From: Micromonas pusilla
Taxonomy: Eukaryota
Assembly: GCA_000151265.1 (NCBI GenBank)
Contig: GG663746.1
Coordinates: forward strand, 404,863 to 436,862
Length of the DNA stretch: 32,000 nt
Direction of reading: 5' to 3'
The first letter of the stretch is position 1. Each line of letters begins with the position of its first letter. The notes beneath the pieces are model-generated. The model was not told the DNA's origin. It was given only the letters and a program-made list of their open reading frames with translations, and did not search any database. Both the position numbers and the translations under genes were made by a program. Positions 8,643 to 19,033 of the stretch are shown in pieces.

Positions 8643-10278
8643 GCGCTCTCGCCCGCTCCACCTCCCCGAACCAGTCCGTCCTGTACACGATGAAACATAT
8701 GATCAGCGAGTGCACCACCGTCCCGACGGTCGCGCCGATCGCGAGCCCCATCGCGCCCATCTTCGGCGGCCCGAACGCGAGGTAGACGGCGAGGGGTATC
8801 CCCACGACGTAGTACGCGAAAAAAACCACCGGCCCGGCGACCGCCTGCCTCCCGCACGCTTTGATCACGCCCGTCGCGACGCACAGGACGCCGTCGAACG
8901 CGGTGTATATCGCGAGCGGCACGAGCAGCGCGGACACGAGAGACACGACGTCGTCGTCGGCGGAGTAGATTTTCCCCCACGACTTTCTCGCGAGGAGAAT
9001 AACCGCCGACACCGCCGCCTCGACGATCAAGATCAACACGAACGCGCACCGCGCGGCGTGGCGCGCGCGCGCGGGCGCGCGTGATCCGAGCTCGTTACCC
9101 GCGCGCGCCGCCACCGCGACGCTGAACCCGACGGGGATCATGAACGCGAGCGCGTTCGTGACCTGGAAGATGCTCACCCCCGCGACGTTTCGCTCCGGGT
9201 TCGGGAGGTAGCCGGCGATGAGGATGTTCGCCTCGGACGCCCACCACTCGCCCATCATGAGCACGCCCGGGAGCGCGAGCCTCAGGAACGCGGGCCAGTC
9301 GGAGAAGGCGTCGCGAGCGCTCCAGCCGGTCCACGTCGCGCGTCGCGCGCGTCGGAGCGATTCGCTCGGGTCCTCGTCCGCGCCCGCGTCCCGGGTTTCG
9401 TTTTTTTCGTGTATTTCGCGAATTTCGCGAATTTCGTCGCCGTCGTCGCCGCCGCCGCGCCGCCGCGAATGGAACCGCACGAGGTACGCCACGTTGATCG
9501 TCAACACGACGCCGTTGCTCCACGACGTCGCGAGCGCGGCGCCGACGTACCCGAGCCCGAGCGCGCGCATGAACACGACGTTCGCGGGGACGTGCAAGAC
9601 GGCGGCGACGACGCCGGCGACGGCGCTCGGCTTGGTCAGCCGTTGCGACTGCATGAACCCCTGCACGCATATGTTCCACGCGTAGAACACCAGACCGGGG
9701 ATGAGCGCGATGATGTACCGCCCGGCGACGCGCGAGATTTCTTCGTCTTGCCCCATCGCGAGCAGCAGCGACGTCGCGTTCGCCCACAGGACGCAGATTG
9801 GAATCGCCGCGAGCGTCAAGATGATGAGCGCGCGTTGGAGGACGCCTCCGAGCGACGAATACGCTCTCGCGCCGAACGCGGCGCCGCACAGCGTGGTCAC
9901 CGCGCTCGCCATGCCGACCATGATGGAGTTCCCGGTGACGTTTCCGAGCGTCGTCGCGAGCGCCGCGCCCGCGAGCGGGAGCGGGCCGAGGTGACCGACG
10001 AACGCGACGGACGTGAGCGACATGACGCGGTTGCAGATCATGGAGAGGCTGACGGGGAGCGCGAGCGCGAGCTGCGCGGCGGACTCGCCGCGGAAGCCGC
10101 CGAGCGCGCGCGACGCCGCCGCGTGGTCGTCGGACGTCAGCCGCGACGACGGGGACGACGACGATGACGACGACGGCTTAGAAGCCGCGTCGTCGTCGTC
10201 GTCGTCCGCGAGGACGCCGTACGCGGCGCCGCGCGCGGATCTCGCGCCGCGCCCGGGCGGCGGCGAGCTCGCCATCAT
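8491..10278 (-). CDS. MATE-family (multidrug and toxic compound extrusion / DTX-like) transporter, 595 aa
   Basis: Typical MATE blocks: LALALPVSLSMICNRVMSLTSVAFVGHLG, LAGAALATTLGNVTGNSIMVGMASAVTTLCGAAFGA, FMQSQRLTKP, GYVGAALATSWSN, LALPGVLMM.EWWA.E, GVSI...NALAFMIPVGFSVAVAARAGNELG, GVIKACGRQ. About 12 hydrophobic segments. The start is set at MMASSPPPG (10278), because the longer ORF (to 10605) runs into the tRNA gene at 10569..10640. Confidence 0.9.
8605..8637 (-). repeat. (GGC)n microsatellite encoding a poly-Gly tract in the MATE C-terminal tail
   Basis: The plus strand reads gcc x11. The minus frame gives the poly-Gly run before DDGDDEE. Confidence 0.9.
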
Positions 10279-10568
10279 CGCGCGCGACGACGGCGCCGCG
10301 CGCGCGCCCCTCGCGTCGCGGCCGGCTCCTTCTCCGCCGGCGACGCGCGCGCGGCCGCGACGGCCGCGGTGTCGGAGGAAGTGACGTGGGTACGTCTCGA
10401 GCTCTCGACTCTCGAGAGTGCCAAAAAAAAAAGTGCGACGACGACTGGGAAAACGGACGCGCGCGACGCCGCCGCCGCGTCGAACGCTCGCGAACCGACT
10501 CGAAAACCGCGCGCGCGCACCGACGACGACCGCCGCGCGACGACGCCTCGAAAAGAAATGCAAAAATA

Positions 10569-10640
10569 GGGGGCTTGGGGGAATCGAACCCCCGACCACT
10601 CCCACCCGAAGGGAATATCATGCCACTAGACCAAAGCCCC
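10569..10640 (-). tRNA. tRNA-Pro (anticodon CGG), intronless, 72 nt
   Basis: Minus strand: GGGGCTT TG GTCT AGTGGCA TGAT A TTCCC TTCGGGT GGGAG TGGTC GGGGG TTCGATT CCCCC AAGCCCC C. All four stems pair, and the anticodon is CGG at positions 34-36. Confidence 0.9.
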
Positions 10641-10840
10641 GCGCGTTCGCGCGGATGATACCGTAAACCTGCCGATTCGGCAGGGGGTGTGAAAGCGTCG
10701 AAACCGAATTCGACACAGGGGTTTTCGTGCCGATTTCGGCGACTTTTGGAAATATGTACAGTACACGCGTACGCGAGCGACCCCGAGACCCGACACCCCG
10801 GCCCTCGTACTTTCCGCTGACGGAACCCGCGCGGCAGTCG

Positions 10841-11974
10841 ATGTGGCGCTTCCTCGGTCGCGGCGTCGCGACGCGCGTCGCGCGCGCGTCCCTTCGGGGG
10901 AACGCGACGCGCGTCGCGACGTGCGATGTCTCCGCGTCGTTCGGAAGCGTCCTCGCCCGCGGGTTCGCGGCGACCACGGCGGCGACGACGCGGACGACGA
11001 CGCCGTCGACGCCGTCGTCCGTCGTCGAGAGCTGTCGCGAGCTCGCGCGCGGGTTCGCCGCGCGGGGCGCGCGCGGGACGCCTCCGTCCCCGCGACGCGA
11101 CGCGGCCGCGTACTGGGCCGCGTGCGCGCGCGAGAGACCGCTCGGCGCGAGCGCGAGCGCCGCGGCGGCGGTCGCGAGGCTGAGATCTCCCCGCGCGCCG
11201 TCGTCGCTCTTTCCGTCGCGACAGCGAGACAGAGTTGGCACCCGTGTGGCGTCTCAGCGCGCGTCGCGTTCTTACCGCGCCCACGTCCGATACGCGCCGG
11301 GGAGCGCGATGACGGGCGAGCACATGCTCTACGCGATCGCGCTCGCCAACGTCGCGGTGTTCGCGGCGTGGCACAACCTCGATCCGCGGTTCATGCGCGC
11401 GAACTTTCTCGTGAGCGAGGAGTCGATAAAGCGCGGGCGATGGCACACGCTGTTGACGTCGGCGTTTTCGCACCGCGACGTCTCGCACCTCGCGGCGAAC
11501 ATGCTCGCGCTGTACTTCTTCGGCAGGGACGTCGCGCGCGCGCTGGGCCCGGCGGCGCTGCTGAACCTGTACGTCGTCGCCGGCGTCGTCGCGAGCGGCG
11601 CGCACGTCGCGTGGTGCGAGTACAAACGCGCCGAGCGCGCGCCGAAGGGACGCGGGATCTTCCAGAGCGCCGGTCGGTATTGGGAGAACAACGTCGGGTA
11701 CCTCACGACCCCGCCCGCGCTCGGCGCGAGCGGCGCGGTCAACGCGATCGTCCTCCTTAACGCGCTGCTTTGGCCGGGCAGCACCGTGTATCTGTACATG
11801 GTGCTCCCGGTGCCGAACGCGGTCCTCGCGGCGGCGTTCGTCGCCAGGGATTATTACGGCGCGCGGTTGGGGCTGGGGGAGAGCGGGGTCGGGCACGCCG
11901 CGCACTTGGGCGGCGCCGCGGTGGGCGCCGCGGCGTGGGGTGGGTTGATGCTGAAGCGGATGGCGCGGAGGTGA
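10841..11974 (+). CDS. Rhomboid-family intramembrane serine protease (PARL/RBL12-like, probably mitochondrial)
   Basis: WHTLLTSAFSHRDVSHLAANMLALYFFG (rhomboid HxxxN region), catalytic Ser in ALGASGAVNAIV (GxSG) and catalytic His in HAAHLGGAAVG. The presequence-like N-terminus MWRFLGRGVATRVARASLRG was chosen as the start. The ORF is open from 10727, so the start is uncertain. Confidence 0.8.
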   Translation: MWRFLGRGVATRVARASLRGNATRVATCDVSASFGSVLARGFAATTAATTRTTTPSTPSSVVESCRELARGFAARGARGTPPSPRRDAAAYWAACARERPLGASASAAAAVARLRSPRAPSSLFPSRQRDRVGTRVASQRASRSYRAHVRYAPGSAMTGEHMLYAIALANVAVFAAWHNLDPRFMRANFLVSEESIKRGRWHTLLTSAFSHRDVSHLAANMLALYFFGRDVARALGPAALLNLYVVAGVVASGAHVAWCEYKRAERAPKGRGIFQSAGRYWENNVGYLTTPPALGASGAVNAIVLLNALLWPGSTVYLYMVLPVPNAVLAAAFVARDYYGARLGLGESGVGHAAHLGGAAVGAAAWGGLMLKRMARR

Positions 11975-12229
11975 GGCGGTCGGGGGAGGGCGCGGCGGGG
12001 CGGCGGCGCGTCTAGTAGGGGGATCTACTACGGTAGAATTGAAAAGGCTGGCGTCGCGGAGTCGCGTTGAATTGTGAATTGGGTCGCTCTTTACTTACAA
12101 TCATTCCGTCGTCGTTCGCGTCGTTCCGTCGCCGCCTCTCGAGCTTTTCCTCGATGGCGGACGTCCGACGGATCGCGGCGGTTCACACGTCGCGCGCGCG
12201 GGTCTAAAACCCCGTCGATCGCCCGCCGC

Positions 12230-12817
12230 TCACTTCGGCTTGCACCACCGCGCCTGGTGCATGGCCATCCCGGCTTTGTTCATCGGACCCTTGCCGCACT
12301 TGGCGCACGTGAGCGTCTTCGGCTCGGGCGTCTTCGGCGTCTTCGCGCCCGCGGCGGGCTTCGCGGCGGCAGCCTTCGGGGTCTTGAGGACCGCGCCCGG
12401 CCCCTTGCACCAACGCGCCTGGTGCATCGCGAGGCCGGCTTTGTTCATCGGTCCCTTCTTGCACTTGTCGCAGAAGAGCGTCTTCTCCTCGCTGACGCGC
12501 TCGCCCTTCTTCGCTCGCCTGCTCGCCTTCTTCAGCCTGCGACTGAGCTCCGCGATGGTCACGTCGTCGTCGTCGGCGAGGTCGCCTAAGTTACCCGGGG
12601 GAGCCGCCGGGCGGTCCTTCTTCTTGCACCACCGCGCCTCGTGCATCGCGAGCCCGGCTTTGTTCATCGGACCCATCGAGCATCTGGGACAGAAGAGCGT
12701 CTTCGGCTCGCTCACGGTCGTCTTCGGGCTCTTCGCGATCTTCTTCGCCGGCGTGACCGACTTCACGGGCACGCCTGGGGTGCTTGATTTAGCCGGGGTC
12801 TTTTTCTTAGGCGCCAT
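12230..12817 (-). CDS. Small Lys-rich protein (195 aa) with three tandem C-x2-C-x12-H-x4-C (C2HC) zinc-finger-like repeats
   Basis: Starts MAPKKKTPAKSS. There are three copies of (E)PKTLFC..C..GPMNKAG(L/M)AMH.ARWCK at about 12620-12710, 12400-12490 and 12233-12325. The repeats are also visible as about 85-nt DNA repeats (ttgcaccaNcgcgcctNgtgcat...ggctttgttcatcgg). An equal-length plus-strand ORF (12240..12827) is a mirror artefact. Confidence 0.8.
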   Translation of the reverse strand: MAPKKKTPAKSSTPGVPVKSVTPAKKIAKSPKTTVSEPKTLFCPRCSMGPMNKAGLAMHEARWCKKKDRPAAPPGNLGDLADDDDVTIAELSRRLKKASRRAKKGERVSEEKTLFCDKCKKGPMNKAGLAMHQARWCKGPGAVLKTPKAAAAKPAAGAKTPKTPEPKTLTCAKCGKGPMNKAGMAMHQARWCKPK

Positions 12818-13102
12818 GATGACGTGAGGCGCGTCGCGTGCAATGCGCGCGCGCGGGGGAGAATTCTAGCCAATTCAACGGTCCATATTCGTGACTGAAA
12901 ACCTGTGACGTAAGTACTTGTACTCCTCGCGAAACGCATTCTCGCGTTCAGATTGAGGATAACGATTTGACCAAAAACGCATAGGGTTTTTCTCGCGAAC
13001 CGTATTACATCTGAACGCGCTTTTCGACCATCGGTCGTAAATTCCCGTATTAAAATTTCAAAAAATCGAACGCGAACGCGGAAAATTCTCTCTCGTCCCT
13101 CG

Positions 13103-13280
13103 TCAGTCCAACGGCGCCTGAGGGTGCGTCGAGGGCGATTTCCTCGCCGCCCGTCGCGCCGGGAGCTGCATCCCGAGCCCGCGCGCGACCTCATGCGTCT
13201 CCTCGTTCGGCTCCGGCGTCCCCGCCGCGGCCAAGCGCGCCTCCGCGGCCGCCGCCGCCGCCTCTCGCGCGTCCGCGACG

Positions 13281-13311
<31 letters not shown>

Positions 13312-16300
13312 TCGAGCGCTCGGGGGAAGAAGACGGAACGTCAACCGACGCGTCGCTCGCCTCGGGAAGCGCCGGCGGGGTGTCGTCCACGGCCTCGGTC
13401 CACGTCGTCGTCGGAGGCGGCGACGGAGGCGGCGACGGCGGGTCCGGTTCCATGTCCGCGGCGGCGACGACCGGGGCGGGGTCGGGAGGAGGAGGCGCGG
13501 ACGCGGACGCCGACGCGGACGCCGACGCGGACGCGGGCGCCGCCTCGGGCGCGAGCGTGTACCCGCCGCCGGGGACGGGCACGAGCCGAAGCCGCTGCGT
13601 CGTCGGCCGCGCGCCGTCGGTCGCCGCGCCGCCGGTGACGTCCTGCAGGTTATTCAGCAGGGTGCTCATCAGCTCCTGGAACATCTGCGGCGCGGGAGCC
13701 GACCCCTCGGCCGATCCTCCCTCCGCCGGTCGCCGATCCGGCGCGGGCTGCTGCTGTCGGGCGGAGTCGAGGCTCCCGAGCACCGCGCTCATCATCTGCT
13801 GGAACGCCTCCGGGATCGTCCCCGACGAATCCGCGGATTCGGACGCTCGCGGCGGCGGCGGCGGCGGCGGCGCGTCTCGCGCCCCCTCCCCCTCCCCCTC
13901 CGCCGCCGGCGCCGGCGCCGCCGACGGCGCGCGCGAGACCGTCACCGTCTGGAACCTGTGCACCACGCGTCCGTTCGAATCCACGCTCGTTGTGTGTGTC
14001 ACGCCGCCGTTCGCGATCGCGGGCGCCGTCGTCGAGCTCGCAGCGGCGGCGGCGGCGGCGGCCGCCAACACGCTCGGCGGCGCGGCGTCGCCGCCGAGCG
14101 TGTTGGCGTTGAACTCGAACCGAAACGACGACCGCGGCGGATCCGTCGCGGCGGCCGCGGCCGTCGTGTTCGTGCTCACGGAGTCCATCCGCGCGCTCTG
14201 CGTCTGCGTGTCGTCCGTCGCGACCGCGGGCGACGCCTGCGTCCCTTGGCTCCGCTTCACCGACGCCGCCGCGCGTCGCGGCCGCTCGCGGTCGCGCCTC
14301 GCGCCGCCGCCTCTGACGGCGTCGAAAACGTTCGCGAGGAAACCGAGCGGCCCTCTTCTCCCCTCGCGTCTTCGTCGTCGTCTCGCGTCCTCTTCCTCGC
14401 GCTCCGCCGAGGATCGACGACGATTAGTAGTCCCGGATCCAGATCCCGCCGACGCCTCCTCCTCCTCGTTCGGCGGCGTGCGCATCCCCGTGGACGTGTC
14501 CGCCGTGGGCGGCGGCGGCGGCGTCTGCGCGTCCGACGTCGTGCGCGTCGAGGGACTCGCGCGACGCCGACGCGCCGAGTTAGAGTTTAGGCGAACGCCG
14601 CCGGGCGGCGGCGGGGGGTACTGCGACGTGCCGCCGGGACGCGCCGGCGCGGGCGGGTAGGACCGCGGCGCGGGCGAGGGCGCGGCGGCGCCGCCGGCGC
14701 CGCCTCCGTCGCGGATGGCGAGCGCCGCGTGCATCGCCGTCGCCGCCTGGTCGTGCCGCCGCTGGAGGCGTTCGAGCTGCGACTCGAGCTGAGACAGCAT
14801 CTGTCGCAACGCGTCGGGGGGGGTCTGGCCGTCCGACCACGCGCCAGCGACAGCCTCTCGCGCGTCGCGCGCGGCGCGCTGCGCCGCGCGGAGCTGACGA
14901 TCGACGGGCGGCGGCGCCGGCGGCGGACGCACAGCTGGCGCGGACGCCGCGGGCGCCGTCCTGTTCGCGCTGTCCATCAACCCCTCGCGCGCCCATCGCT
15001 CGAGCGCCGCGGCCGCGGCCGCCTCCGCGGTGTCTCCTATCCCGGCGAACCCAGAGAGCCCGGCGAGCCCGGACAGCTGCGCGCTCAGCCCGCCGTGTGC
15101 GCCGCCGCCGCCGCCGCCGCCGCCCAAGAGGTCGCTCAGGCCCGCGCTTCGCACGGACGGCCGCATCCCGAGCCCACTCAGCGGCTGCGTCCCGCCGCGC
15201 GGGTCCAAGTACATCAGCGCGGGCGCGAGGAAGTTGGAGTCGTCCGGAGCGTTCGCCGCCACCGGGGTCATCCGCGTCGTCGTCGGGCCGCTCGCGGAGA
15301 AGGGATCCGTCGCCTCCGCGTCCGTCTCGGTCGAGGTCGTCGCGTCCGCGGCGTTCGTCGCCTCTCCCGCGCCGATCGCCCCTCCCGCGAGGAACGACTC
15401 CGTCGAGAGGAACGGCGGCGGCGCCGCGACGTCGCCGTTCAACTGCACGCTCATCGCCATCCGCGCGAGGTCCATGAGCAAAGACCCGGCGTTGTGCAGC
15501 GTCATCGCCGCTCGCAGCGCGCTGCTCTGTCCTCGCGCGGCGTCGGCGTCCATACGCGACGCGCTCGCGGCAGCCTCGATGTCGCTCGCGGCGGTTCGTA
15601 TCCGCGGCATCGCGCGCTCGACGACGTCCGCGCCGGTTCGAAGCAAGTTCGAGACCTCGGCGGACGTCACCACCGGCGGGACGCGTCGAACGATCGGCGG
15701 CGGCGGCGTTTGCGTTTGCGTTTGCGTTCGCGTCTCCGTCCCCGCCGCCGCGGGCGCCGTCGCCGTCGCCTGCGCCGCCGCGACGCCCCCCACCTCCGGC
15801 GACGCCTCGGCTCGGTTCGCGTCCACGACGACCCGCGGCGCGGACGTCGGCGGCGGCATCATCCCCGGCAGCGGCAGCGGCAGACGCGCGAAGGGCGCGT
15901 GCGGCGCTTGCGTCCCTCTCCCGGAGTCGTGGCACGCCGCGCACAGGTCGTAGTCCCCCTCCGCGATGGACTTGTAGCGCTCGCCCGTGATCGGCATGAT
16001 CCCGCACGCGTCGCACTGCACGCCCGCGTGCGAGTTCCGCGCGTCCGGCGTCGCCGAGAGAGGCGCCGCCGTCGCTTCCGCCGCCGGCGCCTCCGCCGCC
16101 GGCGCTTCCGCCGCCGGCGCCTCCGTTGGCGGTCCTCCGCCCGGAGTGCTCGCGAACGACCCGCCCGCGTCGTCCGCGTCCATGTCCACCAGCGCGCGCG
16201 TCAACGCGGCCACGTGCGCGGTGATGACCGCGGCGGGATCGTACGGCGCGCGTTCGAACGTCACCGTCCGCCTCTCGCCGCCGCCGCCGGCGGCGGCGTC

Positions 16301-17074
16301 GGCGTCGGCGGGATCCGGCCGCCGCACCACGCGCGGCGCCCCGTCTGGCCCGATCGTCACCTCGAACGACATCGACGACCCGTCCGTCATCGCGGCGATC
16401 GACTCCGGGGTGATGCCCGCGGCCTGCGCGGCCGCCATCGCGGCCGCGGCGTCGCCGCCGCCGCCGATATCGTTCAAGATGCCGCCGACGATGGCGTTGA
16501 TCTGCGCGCCCCCGAGCGCCGACGTCGGCAGCGACACGCTTCCGAGCTGCACGTTGCTCCCCGCGGGGATGCGGATGAAGTCCCCGGCGGCCGCCGCGCG
16601 CTGCGTCGCGGCCGCGTGGTCGATGTCGTCGTTGCGCGCGTCGCCGACGACGTCCGGAGGGCGCGAGACGAGGAGGAGCGTGTCCCCGTCTTCCACGCGC
16701 AGATCGGACAGTCGCTGCGTGTCTTTGAGGACGCGGCCGCGGCAGATGAGGCGCTGGCGCGCGGACGGGACGCCGCACGCGGTCTCGATCGAGGACTTCA
16801 GCGTCGTGACTTCGACCTGGGGAGGGCGGCGCGCGGCGGGGGTTTTACGGGGAGCGGCGGGGACGGGAGGCGCGGGTCAGATCGCGAGCGCGAAGGTCGT
16901 TCGTCGTCGACGACTACGACGCTGGAAGGAAATGGACGGAAAGAGAAGCGACGCGAGGACGCGAGGACGCACGTCGCTCGGGACCGTCAGGGCGTGCTGC
17001 CCCTCCGGCTCTTGCTGCCGGACGCGGATGCGGATCTCCCTCGGCTCCGGCGGGGACGTCGCGGCGTCGGCCAT
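13103..17074 (-). CDS. Large low-complexity protein with an N-terminal ubiquitin-like domain and a ZZ-type zinc finger; exons 17074..16973 and 16816..13103 (1271 aa)
   Basis: The ORF-track 'M' at 16696 is a GTG inside an open frame that reaches back to acceptor ccctccccAG (16817). Exon 1 (ATG 17074, MADAATSPPEPREIRIRVRQQEPEGQHALTVPSD, donor GTGCGT at 16972) joins in phase 0. The joined product forms a complete UBL fold: ..IRIRVRQQ..HALTVPSD|VEVTTLKSSIETACGVPSARQRLICRGRVLKDTQRLSDLRVEDGDTLLLV. ZZ finger: GVQCDACGIMPITGERYKSIAEGDYDLCAACH (about 15930-16025). The rest is Ala/Pro/Gly-rich. Confidence 0.8.
16817..16972 (-). other. Predicted spliceosomal intron (156 nt, GT-AG, phase 0) splitting the UBL domain; not a member of the repeat family
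   Basis: Donor gtgcgtcc, acceptor gccgccctccccag, and an in-frame TGA inside. It is needed to supply an ATG and the first beta-strand of the UBL domain. Confidence 0.65.
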
Positions 17075-17522
17075 CGCGTCCGTCCGCCGCGTGGACTCGC
17101 GGTCAACCGCCGCCGGCGCGACGTCGAGGGAGGGTGCTCGAAAAGCGAGCGGCCGACGCGGCGACTACCGCGGGGAGAGCAGATGCGACGCCGCGCGCGC
17201 GCTCGCGTCGCGCGCGCGACGCGTCCGCGATGCCGCGCCGTTCGGCGACGCGCTCGCGAGGTCGATCTCGCGCGCGGAAGGCTCGAGCGACGCGTGACTC
17301 CGCGCGTCGCGCTGTGCGTAGCGTCGACGCGTCGCGCAAACCAACCCCTCGTCTCCCTCGGACGACGACGCGCGCTGAGAATCTCTCGGATCTGCTCGTC
17401 CGCATGCGCATGCGCGGTTTCTTCCGCGCTCGTTTGCGTTTCAAACTTCAAGTACGGCCACGGTGGCCCTACCACGCCCTCTCTCGCCGCCCCGCTCGCG
17501 CCGCCAGGCCGTCCCCTCACCC

Positions 17523-18995
17523 TCACCTTCGCCCTCTGAACCGCGCCGCCTCCACCAGCGTCTCCAGCAGATCCTCCGCCTCGCGCTTCTTCAGCGTGAT
17601 CGGGAACTCGTGCCCTCGAGGCGCGCCCGGCCGCTGACCGTCTCTCAGGTAGTCCTCCACGCGCCGCGGCAGCGCGCGCAGCTCGTCGTCGCTCAGGTGC
17701 GCCTCGGGGCCGTCGTAGAACGGGCCCTCGTCCAGCCCGATCCCCTCCACCGGCGCGAGGCGGACCTGGTGCGTCGGGTACTTGCCCTGGAACGCGCTCG
17801 GGTCGTGCGCGGCGACGAACTCGGGCGGGGACGCGTTGGGGTCCGCGGGCACGGCGCGGAAGGCGCGGTACATGAACTCGCGCCGCTCGCCGTCGCTGTT
17901 GCACCCGCACATGAAGACGATCGTGTTCGGTTTGATCTTCTTCTTGAGGACTCTGCGCCCGCCCTCCTCGTCCAGCGCGATCAGGCGGTTCTCGATGCCG
18001 TGCTTGACGTACTTGTACTTCATGACCCACACGAGTCCGTTTTCGATCTCGGGGAATCGGCCCCTTCCGGGCCCGGGCCCCGCCGCGCCCCCGCGGTCGT
18101 CGAGGTCCCTCCCGCTCGCGCTGCGCTCCAACCCCCCGAGGGTCGCCGCCGCCGGCGGCGGCGGAGGTATCGCCGGCGGCGGGAACGGCGGCGGCGGCGG
18201 CGCGCTCTTCGCCGCCTCCACCGCGCGCCACGCGTCGTCGTACGCGTCCTGAAGCGTGGGCGCCCGCCGCTTAATCTCTAGAAACGTCGCCTCCGACATC
18301 CCGCGCGGGTTCCAGAACGCGTGCTCGAGCGGGCCGATACCCGCGCGCACGCCCGCGAGGTTCTTCGGCCACCGCGCGTACTTCGCCCTCAGGCGCGCGT
18401 ACGCCGCGGCGTTCTCGTCGCCGACGGCGGCGGCGCGCGCGGCGGCGTCGCCCGGCTCGGCGGCGGGCGCGCGCGTGAAAATCTCCCCCTTCTCGCGCTC
18501 GGACGCCGCCGCCGCCTTCGCCGCCTGGCTCTCCAGCAGCGCCGCGCGCGCGCGTCGCTGACGCTCTTCTCTCTCCCTGCGCTCGCGCTCGCGCTCGAGC
18601 CTCGCGTCGCGCTCTTCTCTCTCCCTGCGCGCCTTCTCCTCGCGCTCCTGCGCGACGCGGTCGCGTTCGCGTTCGCGGTCTCGGTCCGCGCGCGCCCGCG
18701 CCGCCGCCGCCGCCGCGTCCGTCGCCGGCGCCGCCGCGGCCGCGGCCGCGGCGTTCGACTTGGGTATTCTGAACCCGATCGCGGACGCGGGCGGCGGGTC
18801 TCTCGCGACCGCCTCGGAGAACTTCATCTTCTTCTCGTCCGCGGGCGCGTCCGCGTCGGGGCGGTCGCGTCGCCGCTTCTCGCCGCGGTCGTCGGACACG
18901 ACGTCCACGTCCACCTCCATCGCGACGACCGGCGGGAGGTCTCCGCGCTTCGCGACCGGTCTGTCGACTTTCTCCTCTCGCTTCGGCTCTCTCTT

Positions 18996-19033
<38 letters not shown>

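Noticed and set aside
10279-10605. N-terminal extension of the MATE ORF (MGVVGGSIPPSPLFLHFFSRRRR...).
   Set aside because: The extension overlaps the tRNA-Pro(CGG) gene; the GGSIPPSP peptide is simply the translated T arm. The rest is Arg-rich. The internal MMASSPPPG start gives a normal MATE N-terminus.
10668-10684. Perfect 7-bp hairpin cctgccg-att-cggcagg, about 30 nt upstream of the tRNA-Pro(CGG) gene.
   Set aside because: Short GC-rich hairpins arise readily in this composition. It has no positional logic for Pol III (internal promoters) or as a terminator, since it lies on the 5' side.
12240-12827. Plus-strand 195-aa ORF exactly mirroring the zinc-finger gene.
   Set aside because: Its hydrophobic, Phe/Ala-rich translation has no motif. 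The minus strand gives MAPKKK..., three precise C2HC repeats and a basic composition typical of a real nucleic-acid-binding protein.
14729-17539. 936-aa plus-strand ORF antisense to the UBL-ZZ gene. Similar long ORFs: 3922..5496(+), 4776..5753(+), 10178..11905(-), 13124..14590(+), 14580..16778(-), 18321..20099(+), 23676..25751(+), 26142..27416(+), 26332..28101(+), 7149..8087(-), 20720..21508(-).
   Set aside because: Their translations are dominated by Arg/Pro/Ala/Gly runs with no recognisable motifs. They overlap ORFs on the other strand or frame that have clear domain signatures. Stop codons are rare in DNA this GC-rich, so long mirror ORFs are expected by chance.
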